Positions 9,958 to 20,103 are shown, numbered from the stretch's first letter. The stretch: DNA of 64,000 nt from Nevskia sp. (GCA_031291075.1 JARLJS010000046.1:2386-66385); one strand, 5' to 3'. Program-made: numbers and translations. Notes: generated from the sequence alone by a model not told the origin.

Positions 9958-10310
9958 GTAGTTCAACGCACTGGCCCCCCGCTTGATATCCGGCTCTTGG
10001 CATGCAGATGAAGCGGGACGCTGGCGACGACTGTGTTGGCTAACGCACATACAAGAATGCATCGCGGCCTTAGGCTGTCTGAAGCCGAGGCACTGCTAGT
10101 GTCGAACGGTGACTCGACCGGCGCTCGGTGCGCCAATGCGCATGTACATCGATGCCGGGCGCTGTTCATCGCTGCAACGTCATCGCCAGCTTCTTCGGCA
10201 CGCTGCTGTGGGAGGCCTTTGTGCACTCTGGATGTCTGCCGCAGGAAGCGCTCTCGCCGATAACACCTGCCTTCACGCGGGTGGGTGTGGCCATACCACA
10301 GGAGAATGCC

Positions 10311-10637
10311 ATGTCGGAGGTTGACAGGATGAATCTGATCGATGCCCGGCATTACTTCAAAGGGCAGGCGATACGGGCCGTCGACTACGTTTCAGCGGGC
10401 GGAGTTGAGCCGGATAACGTCGATCTGGAGGCTCACGCGGCAACATTGGCTGCGTTGCTGGTCAAAGCGGCGAAGTTGTTGTCCGCTTCGATGGGGAACG
10501 GCATGTACTATCCGGCTCCCGCCTATCAAAGCCTTTCCCGCATCGCAAACGATGTTGTGGTAGTCGCTGAGGCAGCTGGCCTTGTACGACTACGGCCGCT
10601 CGAAGCGGCGGGTGCTCTTCAGAATGACGAGCATTAG
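10311..10637 (+). CDS. Hypothetical protein (108 aa)
   Basis: CAGGAG Shine-Dalgarno before ATG 10311; no recognisable motif. Confidence 0.55.
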   Translation: MSEVDRMNLIDARHYFKGQAIRAVDYVSAGGVEPDNVDLEAHAATLAALLVKAAKLLSASMGNGMYYPAPAYQSLSRIANDVVVVAEAAGLVRLRPLEAAGALQNDEH

Positions 10638-10882
10638 AGGCTATTACAGCGCTAACGCGCGCCGATTCGCCCGCATCCAGGACCGCTTCCCGCAGGCCGG
10701 GCAGAAGTCGCCGGTACCCTCGGAATCCGCGTCGATTCACCCTTGTACGGATATGGCAGGTCACGGATGCCAAGTGCTGGCCCGTTCCGACATCGACCCT
10801 GTCCCTTTCGGCTATTCTGCGCCGTGGAGGCCGGGTTCGAGAATGACAGCTGCGGGGAAGCGGCCTGCCGCAAGGAGTTGTC

Positions 10883-11866
10883 GTGAAGAAACAATATCTG
10901 GCGGCATTGGCCCTGGCATCAGGCTTTGGCCTCCTTACGGCGGTGCCGACGGCCGCCGCTCAGGATTCTCCGCCGGGGCCTCCGCTCGATGTTCCGGTGA
11001 GCGAGCTGGAGCACGCACTGAGTTGCAACGTCCCGCTTGCGGGCATCACCCGTGATCCGGTGTTGCTGACGCCGGCGTTTTCCACCGCCGAACAGTCCTT
11101 CGGCTGGAACTACCTGCGCAATTTACCCGCCCGGGGCATTCCGACCTGCAGCATCACCGTGCCGGATCACGGCTACGGCGACCTGCAGAACGCGGCGGAG
11201 TACGTGGTCTATGCGGTCCGCAAGATGTCGGCGCAGAGCGGCCGCAAGGTCGCGGTGGTCGGCCATCAGCACGGACCGCTCGACGAGCTCTGGGCGATCA
11301 AGTTCTGGCCCGACATCCCGGGGCTGGTCTCCACCTTTGTATCGCTCGCCACGCCGTATCATGGGACGGAGGAGGCGGCGACCGCCTGCGGCGCCAGCCA
11401 CTTTTGCCCGCCGTCGGTGTGGCAGATCTCGACCGGTTCGAACTTCCTCAAAGCGCTCGACAGCCGCCCCTTGCCGGCGGGCCCGGGCTATACCTCGATC
11501 TCGACCCTGTTCGACGAATTGATCGTGCCGCAGCCCTATGCCAGCGACCTGCCCGGCGGAACGCACATCGTGCTGCAGGACATCTGCCGCCTGCGGCCGA
11601 TCGAGCACTTCACCATCCTGGCCGACAATCTCAGCTACCTGCTGGTGCTGGATGCGCTGGCTCACCCCGGCCTGCCCGCCGACCCGGCGCACATCTCGCC
11701 CTGGGTCTGCTTCGGTCCGCTGTACCAGCCCGGCGTGCTCAGCCCGCTCGAATTGCCACGGGAACTGATCGACGCGGCCGGCGCCATCACCGGGGCGTTC
11801 ACGCACGTGGGTCCGGACGGGGTCCACGCGGAGCCGGCCCTGCGTAGCTACGCGGCGGCGCCTTGA
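10883..11866 (+). CDS. Secreted alpha/beta-hydrolase (lipase-fold) protein with atypical nucleophile elbow GHQHG
   Basis: AAGGAG RBS and signal peptide; 'GDLQNAAEYV', 'WAIKFWP', 'LATPYHGT', 'DELIVPQ', 'EH' match CalB-like lipases, but GHSQG reads GHQHG (11261-11275). Confidence 0.8.
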   Translation: MKKQYLAALALASGFGLLTAVPTAAAQDSPPGPPLDVPVSELEHALSCNVPLAGITRDPVLLTPAFSTAEQSFGWNYLRNLPARGIPTCSITVPDHGYGDLQNAAEYVVYAVRKMSAQSGRKVAVVGHQHGPLDELWAIKFWPDIPGLVSTFVSLATPYHGTEEAATACGASHFCPPSVWQISTGSNFLKALDSRPLPAGPGYTSISTLFDELIVPQPYASDLPGGTHIVLQDICRLRPIEHFTILADNLSYLLVLDALAHPGLPADPAHISPWVCFGPLYQPGVLSPLELPRELIDAAGAITGAFTHVGPDGVHAEPALRSYAAAP

Positions 11867-11940
11867 CGATCTGATGCGTCGCGGAATCAGGCCACCGGTT
11901 TCAAGCCCGCGCCGAAGCTAAGGACACGATGACGATGCCA

Positions 11941-12486
11941 TCAAAGATCGGCTAGCGGCTTGGCGGCTGCAGATTCATCCTTACGGTTCATGATAGTGGT
12001 CAACGCATCCATGTTCAGCGACAAGCCCCAGAGCGTTTCCTCGGGTAGATTCTGGAGGGCGTCGAGCAGCACCCCGATGGTGGGAGCTGGCGCACGTGAG
12101 AGCAACTCTTGCCCCTTCTTCGTGACCCGCAAGCGAACGACTCTCTGGTCCTCGCGCGTCCGATGCTTGGTGACCAGCTCCATCGCTTCCAGGCCGTCCA
12201 ATAGGTTGCTGGCCGTGGACTGATGGACCAGCAGGCTTGAAGCCAGTGCGGAGACGCTGACGTCGGGTTGACGCTCGATCTCTGCGAGTGCCCAGAGTTG
12301 CGAGCCGCTCAATCCGCACTCTGACTCGACATCTCGATAATGAGTCCTGATCGAGCTGAATACGATTCGAAACTTCTTCAGTACCTGCCGTGCGAAGTCG
12401 GCGGTGCGTTGATCTGCGGACCGCGCGAGCTCATCTCGCGCTGCCGTGCGCCCGACGGACCGTCTCAGGAACTTGCTCTGCGTCAT
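11941..12486 (-). CDS. MarR-family transcriptional regulator
   Basis: Winged-HTH motifs 'LSGSQLWAL', 'STASNLLDGLE..ELV...R...DQRVVRLRVT.KG'. Confidence 0.9.
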   Translation of the reverse strand: MTQSKFLRRSVGRTAARDELARSADQRTADFARQVLKKFRIVFSSIRTHYRDVESECGLSGSQLWALAEIERQPDVSVSALASSLLVHQSTASNLLDGLEAMELVTKHRTREDQRVVRLRVTKKGQELLSRAPAPTIGVLLDALQNLPEETLWGLSLNMDALTTIMNRKDESAAAKPLADL

Positions 12487-12571
12487 TCAAATCTCGGCCG
12501 AACTGCGAAGCAGCCTCCCTCCTGAGAGCGAGGTTAGATACGCAAGACCTCCGCATCCGCTCGCCATCGGC

Positions 12572-12612
12572 ATATTATATTTGGACAATTTATATTTGTA
12601 CAATACAATATG
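12572..12612. promoter_or_regulatory. AT-rich divergent promoter with tandem operator-like repeats
   Basis: TATATTTGGACAAT (12576-12589) and TATATTTGTACAAT (12591-12604) at a 15-bp period, between divergent marR and clc. Confidence 0.55.
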
Positions 12613-12723
12613 TCCGGACCACAACCTCCCAGTGGCATCAGTTAGTTTGCGTATGCGCGCATTGTTTCCTTCAGTGCGAACGCTGCGCGCAACCAGAACG
12701 CACTCCTTTCACGGTGTCATGGC

Positions 12724-14067
12724 ATGAACTGGCGGACGCGGTTGTCGGTGGCCTCAACGCTCCCCCGCCGTCCCGTCAACCGCGTCGCCATACTGCGCAA
12801 ATGGAGAACCCGCGCAGTCTTCTGGTGCGGAGCGGTGGCGGTTGGCCTGTTGGCAGTCGGATTTGCCGAAGCCTGCAACTGGGCAATCCAAGAGCATGCG
12901 CGACTGGTGATGCGTTGGCCGCTGTTGGCTCCGTTCCTTACTCCATTCGGGCTGGTGGCCGTTGTCTGGGCAACGCGCGTGTTCGCGCCAGGCAGCCGGG
13001 GGAGTGGCATCCCGCAGGCCATCGCGGCCCTGGATGTGCAGGACACGAGACAACGTTCTCAGCTGTTGTCACTGCGCATCGCTTTCAGCAAGATTCTGCT
13101 GACCGTCGTAGGCCTGCTCTGTGGCGCTTCGGTCGGTCGCGAGGGTCCCACCGTACATGTGGGCGCCGCGCTCATGGATGCCCTTGGCCGCATTGTCCAG
13201 TTTCCATTCGACTACGTGCGGCGCAGCCTCATCCTGGCCGGCAGCGCGGCGGGCTTGAGCGCCGCCTTTAATACGCCGATTGCGGGGATCGTGTTCGCGG
13301 TTGAGGAAATGGCTCGCTCGCTTGAGGACCGTACCACGGGAACCTTGATAACAGCGGTAATTGTCGCCGGCGTTGTCGCGACCGGCCTGCTCGGCGACTA
13401 CACCTATTTTGGCGTTGCCAAGGCGCACTTGCCGAGCGTACGGTCCTGGCTTGCCGTGCCGCTTTGCGGGCTGAGCGGCGGCTTGGCCGGCGGCCTGTTC
13501 AGCCAGGCCTTGATCAGCGCGAGCCGGAAGCTGACACCCTTCGCAAATGCGCGTCCCTATGCACTGGCGTTTGCGCTCGGTCTGTTTGTCACCTTGCTAG
13601 GCCTGCTCTCAGATGGTGATACCTATGGCACCGGGTACGAGCAAACGCGCGCGCTCTTGAACGGTGACGGCCATTCCGGAATATTGTTTCCTTTGCTGAA
13701 ATGGCTTGCCACGCTCGCTTCCTACTTGACGGGGATGCCGGGCGGCATCTTCTCCCCTTCGCTATCAACCGGCGGCGCTCTCGGTGCCGGCTTGGCTCCT
13801 TTTGCGCCACAGGCACCAATAGCGGCAATGATCGTCCTGGGAATGGCCGGCTATTTCACCGGCGTGACGCAATCGCCCCTCACGGGCTCCGTCATCGTCA
13901 TGGAGATGGTGGACGGTCATTCGCTGATCCTGCCGATTCTCGCTACTTCGTTCCTGGCGCTAGGCACATCCCGAGTGATCTGCAAGGTGCCGGTGTATCG
14001 GGCGCTGGCGGAGCCGTTTCAGCGGGCGGCGACGCAGACTGAAACTACCGCGTCTACTCCGAGTTGA
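12724..14067 (+). CDS. ClC-family Cl-/H+ antiporter (no CBS domains)
   Basis: GSGIP, GREGP (gating Glu), 'FAVEEM' (inner Glu), 'GGIFSP' and C-terminal 'VY' motifs. Confidence 0.93.
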   Translation: MNWRTRLSVASTLPRRPVNRVAILRKWRTRAVFWCGAVAVGLLAVGFAEACNWAIQEHARLVMRWPLLAPFLTPFGLVAVVWATRVFAPGSRGSGIPQAIAALDVQDTRQRSQLLSLRIAFSKILLTVVGLLCGASVGREGPTVHVGAALMDALGRIVQFPFDYVRRSLILAGSAAGLSAAFNTPIAGIVFAVEEMARSLEDRTTGTLITAVIVAGVVATGLLGDYTYFGVAKAHLPSVRSWLAVPLCGLSGGLAGGLFSQALISASRKLTPFANARPYALAFALGLFVTLLGLLSDGDTYGTGYEQTRALLNGDGHSGILFPLLKWLATLASYLTGMPGGIFSPSLSTGGALGAGLAPFAPQAPIAAMIVLGMAGYFTGVTQSPLTGSVIVMEMVDGHSLILPILATSFLALGTSRVICKVPVYRALAEPFQRAATQTETTASTPS

Positions 14068-14237
14068 GCATCCTGCTGTCGGGATCTCTGTCCAAAGTGG
14101 GCTGTTCCATCTTGACCCTCGGTGCCAATGAAATTGGCTACATACCGACGCTCAGGATTTAAAAGTTAAAAAGTAAAATGGCAGGTACCAGCCTCTTATT
14201 TGTATCCATCCCGCCGACTCAGACGACGATCAAAGGC

Positions 14238-16694
14238 TTACGAACCGTTCCTGGCAAGACGAAAACCGCTGTTGAAGTTGCGGTAGGACGGCGAAGCGTT
14301 GCCGCGGGACGCCGCGCGCAATACGGCGGGGTCGCGGAACCACGAACCGCCGCGCATAACCCGGGAGGCGCTGGATGGACCCGAGCAGCTTTCACGCGCA
14401 CTGCCATCGACGGGCGCATCGGCATAGCTGCCCTGATAGCAGTCCTGCACCCACTGCCAGACATTGCCCAAGGTGTCGTACAGGCCCCAGGGGTTCGCTG
14501 CGAAGCTGCCGACCGGGGCGGTCTGTTTGCCGTCCCACTGGCTGCCGCAGCCGTCGCAATCGGCCTTGCCGCGACCGACAGCGTCGCCCCACCAATAGCC
14601 GGTGGTGGTGCCGGCGCGCGCGGCGTATTCCCATTCGGCTTCGCTCGGCAGCCGGTAGGTGTGCCCGGTCTTGCGGCTGAGCCATTTCACGTATTGCTGC
14701 GCATCGTCCCAGCCGACATTGATCACCGGGCGGGTGCCGCGCCCCCAGCCCGCGTCGCCGGGCCGCTGGCTGCAGCCGCCGGCAGCCGCGCAGGCGTCCC
14801 AGTCGTCGAACGTCACGTCGTATTTGCCGATCGAGAAGGCGGCAATCTGGACGCCATGCACGGGCCGTTCATCGTCGCCGTTCCCTCCCATGCGAAAGCT
14901 GCCGGCCGGAATCTGGATCATTTCCGGGCAATCGGCGCAATCGCGAAAGCCCTGCAACTGGAACTCCGCCTCTGCCTGCTTCAGCGACTTCACGGCGTCG
15001 AGGGCCGTTTTTGCGGTCTGCTGCTGATTCGCCGCCACCTGGTCCTGGGCAATCTTGCTGTAGCTCGCAATCAGCGTCTCGAAGAATCCACGGGTTTCCG
15101 AACGGGTCAGCGCGGCCACCTTTTCGTAGCCGGTACGCGCCAGATCCGGGTGACCCTTGGCCATGGCTTGATCCGCCTGCGGCATCAGGGCCAGCGCGTC
15201 CCGCAGCACGTCATCCGGCTGCCCGCCCTTGTCGCGGATGACGTCACCCGCGCGCTTGAGCAGGATGCTGGCGTCATCGCGCGCTTTGCGTGCGAGCGCG
15301 GCTTGTTCCGGGTTGCCGGCCGCGGCTGACGGCGCAACGGGCGCAGGAACCGGCTGCCGTGAATTGAGCGCGATGCCTCCGGCGACGACGCCGATGACCA
15401 TCACGACCAGGGCGGCGGCGAGCCGCGCCCGCTTGCCCGAAACTGTGCGTCCGGGTGACTTTACTGAGCCGCCTCCATCGGCCGGCGCTTCGGAGCTGCC
15501 GGTTGCCGCCCCGGGCGGCCGCGTCGGCGGCGCCGTCGCGGATGCCGCCGGCGGGAACGGCTGGCTTGGCACCGACGGCGGCCCGGGCACGTCGAACGAG
15601 CGTTCCGCGGTTGTTGCCGCAGGCCAGGCCGGAGTGGCGGCATTCGGGGCAGTTACGGCCGCCCCGGGCCCGATCGTGAGCTGCTCGACCGATGCACCAC
15701 GCGCTTCCACCCTCGCCAGCGTCGCTTCCGGCGGCAGGCGCCGGCCATCGAGGGCGGCGCGGAATTCCACGATGTTCTGCGGACGATCCCTGGCCGAAAG
15801 CTCCAGCGCCCAGTCGATCGCCAGCAGGAACGCGCGGCCGTAGCCCGGCGCGTCCCTGAGCAGTGCGGAAGCTGGCAGCAGCGGGTCGGCGTGCCCGCCG
15901 CCCAGCTCGGCGGCGCGCAGGGCCGCCTCCGGCGGCGCCTTGCCGGTGACGGCTTCGTAAAGCAGCGCGCCGAACGCATAGAGGTCGGTCCACGGGCCGT
16001 GGCGGTTCTCGCTGGCGGCGCGGGAGTATTGTTCCAGGGCCGCATAACCGGGCGTATAGGCAACCAGGTCGGTCATGCGCGTGTATTGCGTGGCGTCGCT
16101 GGCGGTTTGTGCGCGGGCGGTGCCGAAGTCGATCAGGACCGGGCGGCCGTCGTCCTCGCGCAGCATGATGTTGTCGGGCTTGATGTCGCGGTGCAGGATG
16201 CCGCGGGCGTGGGCATGCGCGAGCCCCTCCAGCACCGGCAGCAGAAGACGGCGCGCGCGTTCCTCCGCCAGCGTGCCTTCGCGGCGCAGCAGCGCGCGCA
16301 GGGATTCGCCCTTGACGTACGGCATGATGAAGTACGCGGTGCCGTTCGACTGGAATACCGACAGCAGCCGGATCACGTTCTCGTGGTCCAGCTCGGCGAT
16401 GGCCTGCGCTTCCTTGTAAAAGGCGCGCAGGCCGCTGCCGAACGCTTCGGTGGCGCCCTCCACCTCGTGGGTGGGACTGACGGTGTGGCCGTTCTCGCGC
16501 GAGGCGATCCCCTGCGGGAAATACTCCTTGATGGCCACCTTGCGCAGCATCGGGCCGAGCTCCTCGCCGCTCTCGGTGGCCGTGTATTCGGTGGCGAGGT
16601 AGGTGATGCCGAAGCCGCCTTTGCCCAGGCGCTTCTCCACCATGCAGTTGCGGATGCGCGAGCCCTGGGGCAGTACCGAAGGGGCGAACATCAC
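14238..16694 (-). CDS. Hanks-type Ser/Thr kinase with TM segment and C-terminal FGE/SUMF1-like domain
   Basis: [22 protein letters not shown]; Pro/Ala linker and TM helix; 'F.MG', '[13 protein letters not shown]', 'GNVWQW', 'RGGSW' FGE motifs. Confidence 0.92.
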   Translation of the reverse strand: MMFAPSVLPQGSRIRNCMVEKRLGKGGFGITYLATEYTATESGEELGPMLRKVAIKEYFPQGIASRENGHTVSPTHEVEGATEAFGSGLRAFYKEAQAIAELDHENVIRLLSVFQSNGTAYFIMPYVKGESLRALLRREGTLAEERARRLLLPVLEGLAHAHARGILHRDIKPDNIMLREDDGRPVLIDFGTARAQTASDATQYTRMTDLVAYTPGYAALEQYSRAASENRHGPWTDLYAFGALLYEAVTGKAPPEAALRAAELGGGHADPLLPASALLRDAPGYGRAFLLAIDWALELSARDRPQNIVEFRAALDGRRLPPEATLARVEARGASVEQLTIGPGAAVTAPNAATPAWPAATTAERSFDVPGPPSVPSQPFPPAASATAPPTRPPGAATGSSEAPADGGGSVKSPGRTVSGKRARLAAALVVMVIGVVAGGIALNSRQPVPAPVAPSAAAGNPEQAALARKARDDASILLKRAGDVIRDKGGQPDDVLRDALALMPQADQAMAKGHPDLARTGYEKVAALTRSETRGFFETLIASYSKIAQDQVAANQQQTAKTALDAVKSLKQAEAEFQLQGFRDCADCPEMIQIPAGSFRMGGNGDDERPVHGVQIAAFSIGKYDVTFDDWDACAAAGGCSQRPGDAGWGRGTRPVINVGWDDAQQYVKWLSRKTGHTYRLPSEAEWEYAARAGTTTGYWWGDAVGRGKADCDGCGSQWDGKQTAPVGSFAANPWGLYDTLGNVWQWVQDCYQGSYADAPVDGSARESCSGPSSASRVMRGGSWFRDPAVLRAASRGNASPSYRNFNSGFRLARNGS

Positions 16695-17608
16695 GCCATC
16701 ACGATTTCGAACTGCAGGGTGAACGACTGCGCGGGATCCTCCGCAAACCTGCGCCCCAGGCAGAGCGCGCCGGTGCGCGGCAGCGCCAGCTCGACGCCCA
16801 GCAGGTGCAACTCCTCGCCGCCGGCCGCATCCTTCAGCCAGGTCCCGTTGCGGCTCTTGTCCTGCGCGAACCAGAGCCCGGCGCGCGGCTCCAGCTTGAG
16901 ATGTCCCGACGAGATCTTCAGCTCGGGATCGTCCAGGCGCAGGAACGCATCCTTGGCGCGTCCGATCAGCACGGGCGGAGCGGAGCCCGCAAGCCTGCGC
17001 GAGGTCTCACCGTGGCGGATCACCAGTCCCAGCACCGGTGCGGACACCGCCCCGGCGCCGGCGAACTTGGTCGGCATGACCGTTTGTGCCTCCCGCCACT
17101 GCAGAGTACAGACCGCGACCTCGCCGATCCCCTTGATGGCGCGCACGCCAAACGGCTCGGTGCGCGCGGCAAGCTCGGGAGTCAGGTCGTGCAACAGCTC
17201 CCTGGCGATGAAAATGTATCCCGGCGCATCCGGCACCAGCTTGTGCAGGCGGGCGGCGAAGTTCACCGTCTGGCCCAGCACATCGGGCCTGCCCAGCACC
17301 TCGCAGAATTCAACCGGTCCGACATGCAGGCCGACGTAAAGGGCCAGCCCGGCCTCCTGCGCCAGCAGTTGGATCGCAATGGCCGCATTGGCCGAATCGA
17401 TGGCGGGCTGGTTCTCGAAAACCGCAAGGATGTCGTCCCCGTCGGACTTGATGACGCGGCCGCCGTACCCTGCAACGGCAGCGGACATCGTCCCGATCAG
17501 GCTCCGGATGCCGCGGCCGGCCTCCGCGTCGCCCAGGCGCTGGCGCAGCGCAGTGTTGCCCGCGATGTCCGCGAACAAGACTCCGCATGTGTTGATGCGA
17601 CTGATCAT
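16691..17608 (-). CDS. Class III adenylate/guanylate cyclase with C-terminal FHA domain
   Basis: 'FADIAG', 'IKSDGDD', 'GLHVG', '[13 protein letters not shown]'; FHA motifs 'IGR', 'ISSGH', 'SRNGT'. The stop overlaps the kinase start (ATGA). Start taken at ATG 17608. Confidence 0.88.
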   Translation of the reverse strand: MISRINTCGVLFADIAGNTALRQRLGDAEAGRGIRSLIGTMSAAVAGYGGRVIKSDGDDILAVFENQPAIDSANAAIAIQLLAQEAGLALYVGLHVGPVEFCEVLGRPDVLGQTVNFAARLHKLVPDAPGYIFIARELLHDLTPELAARTEPFGVRAIKGIGEVAVCTLQWREAQTVMPTKFAGAGAVSAPVLGLVIRHGETSRRLAGSAPPVLIGRAKDAFLRLDDPELKISSGHLKLEPRAGLWFAQDKSRNGTWLKDAAGGEELHLLGVELALPRTGALCLGRRFAEDPAQSFTLQFEIVMA

Positions 17609-17801
17609 GCCCGAACCGGCCCCCAAGAGATCGACCGGAGCATAAAGGAGACGCGAGAACCGTGAAGCCGAAGTTCGGGCTAACGGCAGGGCGGGCAAGA
17701 CCAAAGGAGGCAGTTGGCTGGGCGATCGGCGGGAGGCCGTCTTTTTCCGGGAGCTACGCCACCTCTGTCAGGAATTCGTGGCGGGGCCGCAAGCCAGGTA
17801 G

Positions 17802-18218
17802 TCAGCCGCCCATTCTTCCAGCGCGCGGGCACTTTCCGTACATATCGTCGAGCGCCGCTCCACTGCGCAGACCCTCGACCAGCGTGGCTGGCAGGCTGTC
17901 GTTTCCAACATCCACCAGCAACTGGTCCAGCAGCTGATTGACCTCCTTCTGCCAGCGCGGAACGTCGGGCGTGGGTCCCTGGCCGTTTTCCGCCAGGTCA
18001 ACCGCACATCCGAGAATGTTCTTCAGCCCGGTGATCAGATTGCGGATCGCAAACCGCGCGTGCTCGGGATACAAACGGGCCAGCAGGAAGCGTTCCGCCG
18101 CCGTCACGTCATGGCCGTTGATCACGGAGCGGTAGAAATCGTACGACGCTGGTTCCTCGATCTTGATGACCGAGGCAGGATCGCCCTCGTCTCCTGCCGA
18201 AAATCGATGCAATTGCAT
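17802..18218 (-). CDS. Hypothetical protein (138 aa), start uncertain
   Basis: Protein-like composition, no motif; the ATG lies inside a palindrome. Confidence 0.4.
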   Translation of the reverse strand: MQLHRFSAGDEGDPASVIKIEEPASYDFYRSVINGHDVTAAERFLLARLYPEHARFAIRNLITGLKNILGCAVDLAENGQGPTPDVPRWQKEVNQLLDQLLVDVGNDSLPATLVEGLRSGAALDDMYGKCPRAGRMGG

Positions 18219-18327
18219 CGTTTATATCAAAATATAACCGTCCGAATAGATAATAAACGCGCTCGCATCGATTTTTCTTGATCTTAGTGAAGTTTTGACT
18301 AAAATCGATCAGATCTCATCGATTTTA
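18200..18327. promoter_or_regulatory. Operator array AAAATCGAT-N8-ATCGATTTT
   Basis: Site 18301-18326 (AAAATCGAT CAGATCTC ATCGATTTT); site 18200-18225 (AAAATCGAT GCAATTGC ATCGTTTAT); extra half-site 18267-18275. Confidence 0.65.
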
Positions 18328-18354
18328 ACCCTCATGCAACTTAATATAGAGAGT

Positions 18355-18600
18355 GTGCAGGATCTAGGCTTGTTGATTCGTGCCACGACCCCGTAAGGGG
18401 GTCTTTGAGGGGAGCGGTGCGAGCCGTTCCCCTTTTTGCTAGGTACATAGGGCTGTTGATAGCCCCCCACATGCTCTATGTAGAGTGCCCTCAGCAATAG
18501 AACCTCAGATTCCGTTTTGTACTCAACATGTTATGTGCAGACCGCGACCGCATGCTTAGTGCGACTGAGTCTGAGTTAGGGCATCGGCACATAGAGACCT
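18355..18600 (+). ncRNA. Candidate structured RNA (unassigned)
   Basis: GACCCC-GTAA(G)-GGGGTC hairpin, terminator-like hairpin, GGGCT-GTTGAT-AGCCC hairpin, and a long irregular stem 18474-18596. The G-U pairs work on the + strand. Confidence 0.45.
18408..18437 (+). terminator. Rho-independent terminator
   Basis: AGGGGAGCGG-tgcgag-CCGTTCCCCT followed by TTTT. Confidence 0.7.
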
Positions 18601-18630
18601 CCGTTGTGAGCGAAGCAAGAAATTCTCCGC

Positions 18631-19257
18631 TCAGGGGCTGATGGACCATGCCTTCGCCCTCAACGTTCGGGAAGCGACCCATGCCAGAAGCAGGCCAAAC
18701 ACCGCGACCGCCCACGGCGGCATTGCGGGGACCGAGGCCGGGTCATTCATCGACGCGTTGAAGACTAGGTTGCTTGCGCTGGTCATGTTCAGTGTGCCGC
18801 CGGAGGTCCCGAACGGCGCAAGGCTCCGGCTGCTCGCGGACACCGGGCCGATGCTGGTCGCAGCGTTGTAGGAGCTGAACGAACCGGCGCCCAGATCGAC
18901 CACGTCGCCGCTCTCGTTGTCGATGAAGCCGGCCCCCGGCGTGCCCTGGTTGACGAAGAAGTAGATGTGATCGACGGCGTAGACCGTACTGAATCCGGAA
19001 ATGCTGACCGACGTCGCCTGGAGCGGGTTCTGCAAAACGCCCGAACCGCGGTTGGAGGTATTGGCGGTGTCGCCGGTGCCGCTGATCGTGACGGCGGCGT
19101 TGGTGAAATTGGTCCCGCCCAGGCTGCCGCTCGCCGTCCCCGTCACCTGGTAGGTGATCGGCGACGCCCCGGCCTCGCCGGCCGGGCAGAGAAGGAACGT
19201 GGCGACGACCGCCGACAGCCGGGCCAGGTGAACCCAACTCCGTGCACTCGTGAACAC
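18631..19257 (-). CDS. Secreted protein with IPTL-CTERM-like sorting signal
   Basis: AAGGAG RBS + GTG, signal peptide (…AGA|SP), C-terminus 'VPAMPPWAVAVFGLLLAWVASRTLR'. Confidence 0.8.
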   Translation of the reverse strand: MFTSARSWVHLARLSAVVATFLLCPAGEAGASPITYQVTGTASGSLGGTNFTNAAVTISGTGDTANTSNRGSGVLQNPLQATSVSISGFSTVYAVDHIYFFVNQGTPGAGFIDNESGDVVDLGAGSFSSYNAATSIGPVSASSRSLAPFGTSGGTLNMTSASNLVFNASMNDPASVPAMPPWAVAVFGLLLAWVASRTLRAKAWSISP

Positions 19258-19275
19258 GACCGTCTCCTTTTTCGC

Positions 19276-20100
19276 CTATTCCGCGTTGACCGACGAGCGG
19301 CGCGGCAGCGCAGTCAGGTCGCAGGATCCGCACCATACGTCGTAGTACGTCCCGCCTGGCGCCGCGGCCCTTGCCAGCGTTTTCGCGCTCTTCGATTTGG
19401 TGGCCGGTTCGGCCGGCGCCTGCGTCGCTTCGACCGAGGTCCAGGCGCCCGTGCCTTTCGGCAGTATCCAGGTCCGGGGAGCCGCTTGGGGCCCGTCGTT
19501 CGTCGTCTGGGTCAGGTAAAGATCACCGCCGCTCCAGAACAGCGCCTTCGGCGCTACTTGCGGGGTCCCCGCCACCGCCGGCAGCGGCGTCGGCGCCGCC
19601 GAGGCCGACCGGGCGCCGGCTACCAGCACGCTCCGCCGACCGCTCGCGTCGGCGGTGAGGACGGCGAGCGATTGGCCGTCGTCCGACCATTGCGGCCTGG
19701 AGGAGAACTCGACCTGGCCCCCGGCGGCCTTGTACAAGGGCTTGTCGTCCAGGTTCAGCGTCGGCGTCCGATCCGCTGCGCGCGCGAAATGCGGCGCCCC
19801 GGTGACGTAGGCGTAGTGCTGCCCGTCCGGGGAAAATGCGGCGCCGCCGCCATCGTCGAAGAACGCCTTGAGGGTCTTGCCGGTGGTCCAGTCGAAGAGC
19901 TCGTATTCGGTGGTCGAGGGGTTCACGCTGCCGCTGACGGCAATCTGGTTGGGCGTCAGCCACTCCAGCGCCTCGACGAAGCGCATGCCGCTGGCCACTT
20001 GCCCCGGCGCGGCGGGCTTGATCGGGATCTGGGACAGGAGGTTCCCGCGCCGGTCGATCACCACCAGTTTGGCCAGTGCTGTGCGGGGAACCACCCGTGC
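19276..20100 (-). pseudogene. Probable 5'-truncated gene for a beta-propeller-like extracytoplasmic protein
   Basis: Host-like coding frame with 'FSPDG' and 'WSDDG' repeat-like motifs. Upstream of ~20100 the frame runs into the TA promoter, with no RBS or signal peptide. Confidence 0.55.
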
Positions 20101-20103
20101 ATC

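Noticed and set aside
10109-10324. 71-aa ORF with a signal-peptide-like stretch and Cys/His-rich tail
   Set aside because: No RBS, overlaps the 10311 gene start, no family support. It could be a frameshifted remnant but cannot be supported.
12490-12723. Fluoride riboswitch upstream of the ClC gene
   Set aside because: No crcB-motif sequence seen, and the protein has GSGIP/GREGP rather than the CLC-F GNNLI/GREGT signature.
14178-14237. AT-rich promoter-like patch and ATG of a 383-aa plus-strand ORF
   Set aside because: All but about 20 codons are antisense to the kinase; at most a gene-start remnant.
18399-18437. Resemblance to the T7 terminator (GGGTCTT.GAGGGG), or a retron msr/msd
   Set aside because: Flanks do not match vector sequence, and no reverse transcriptase is encoded in the window.
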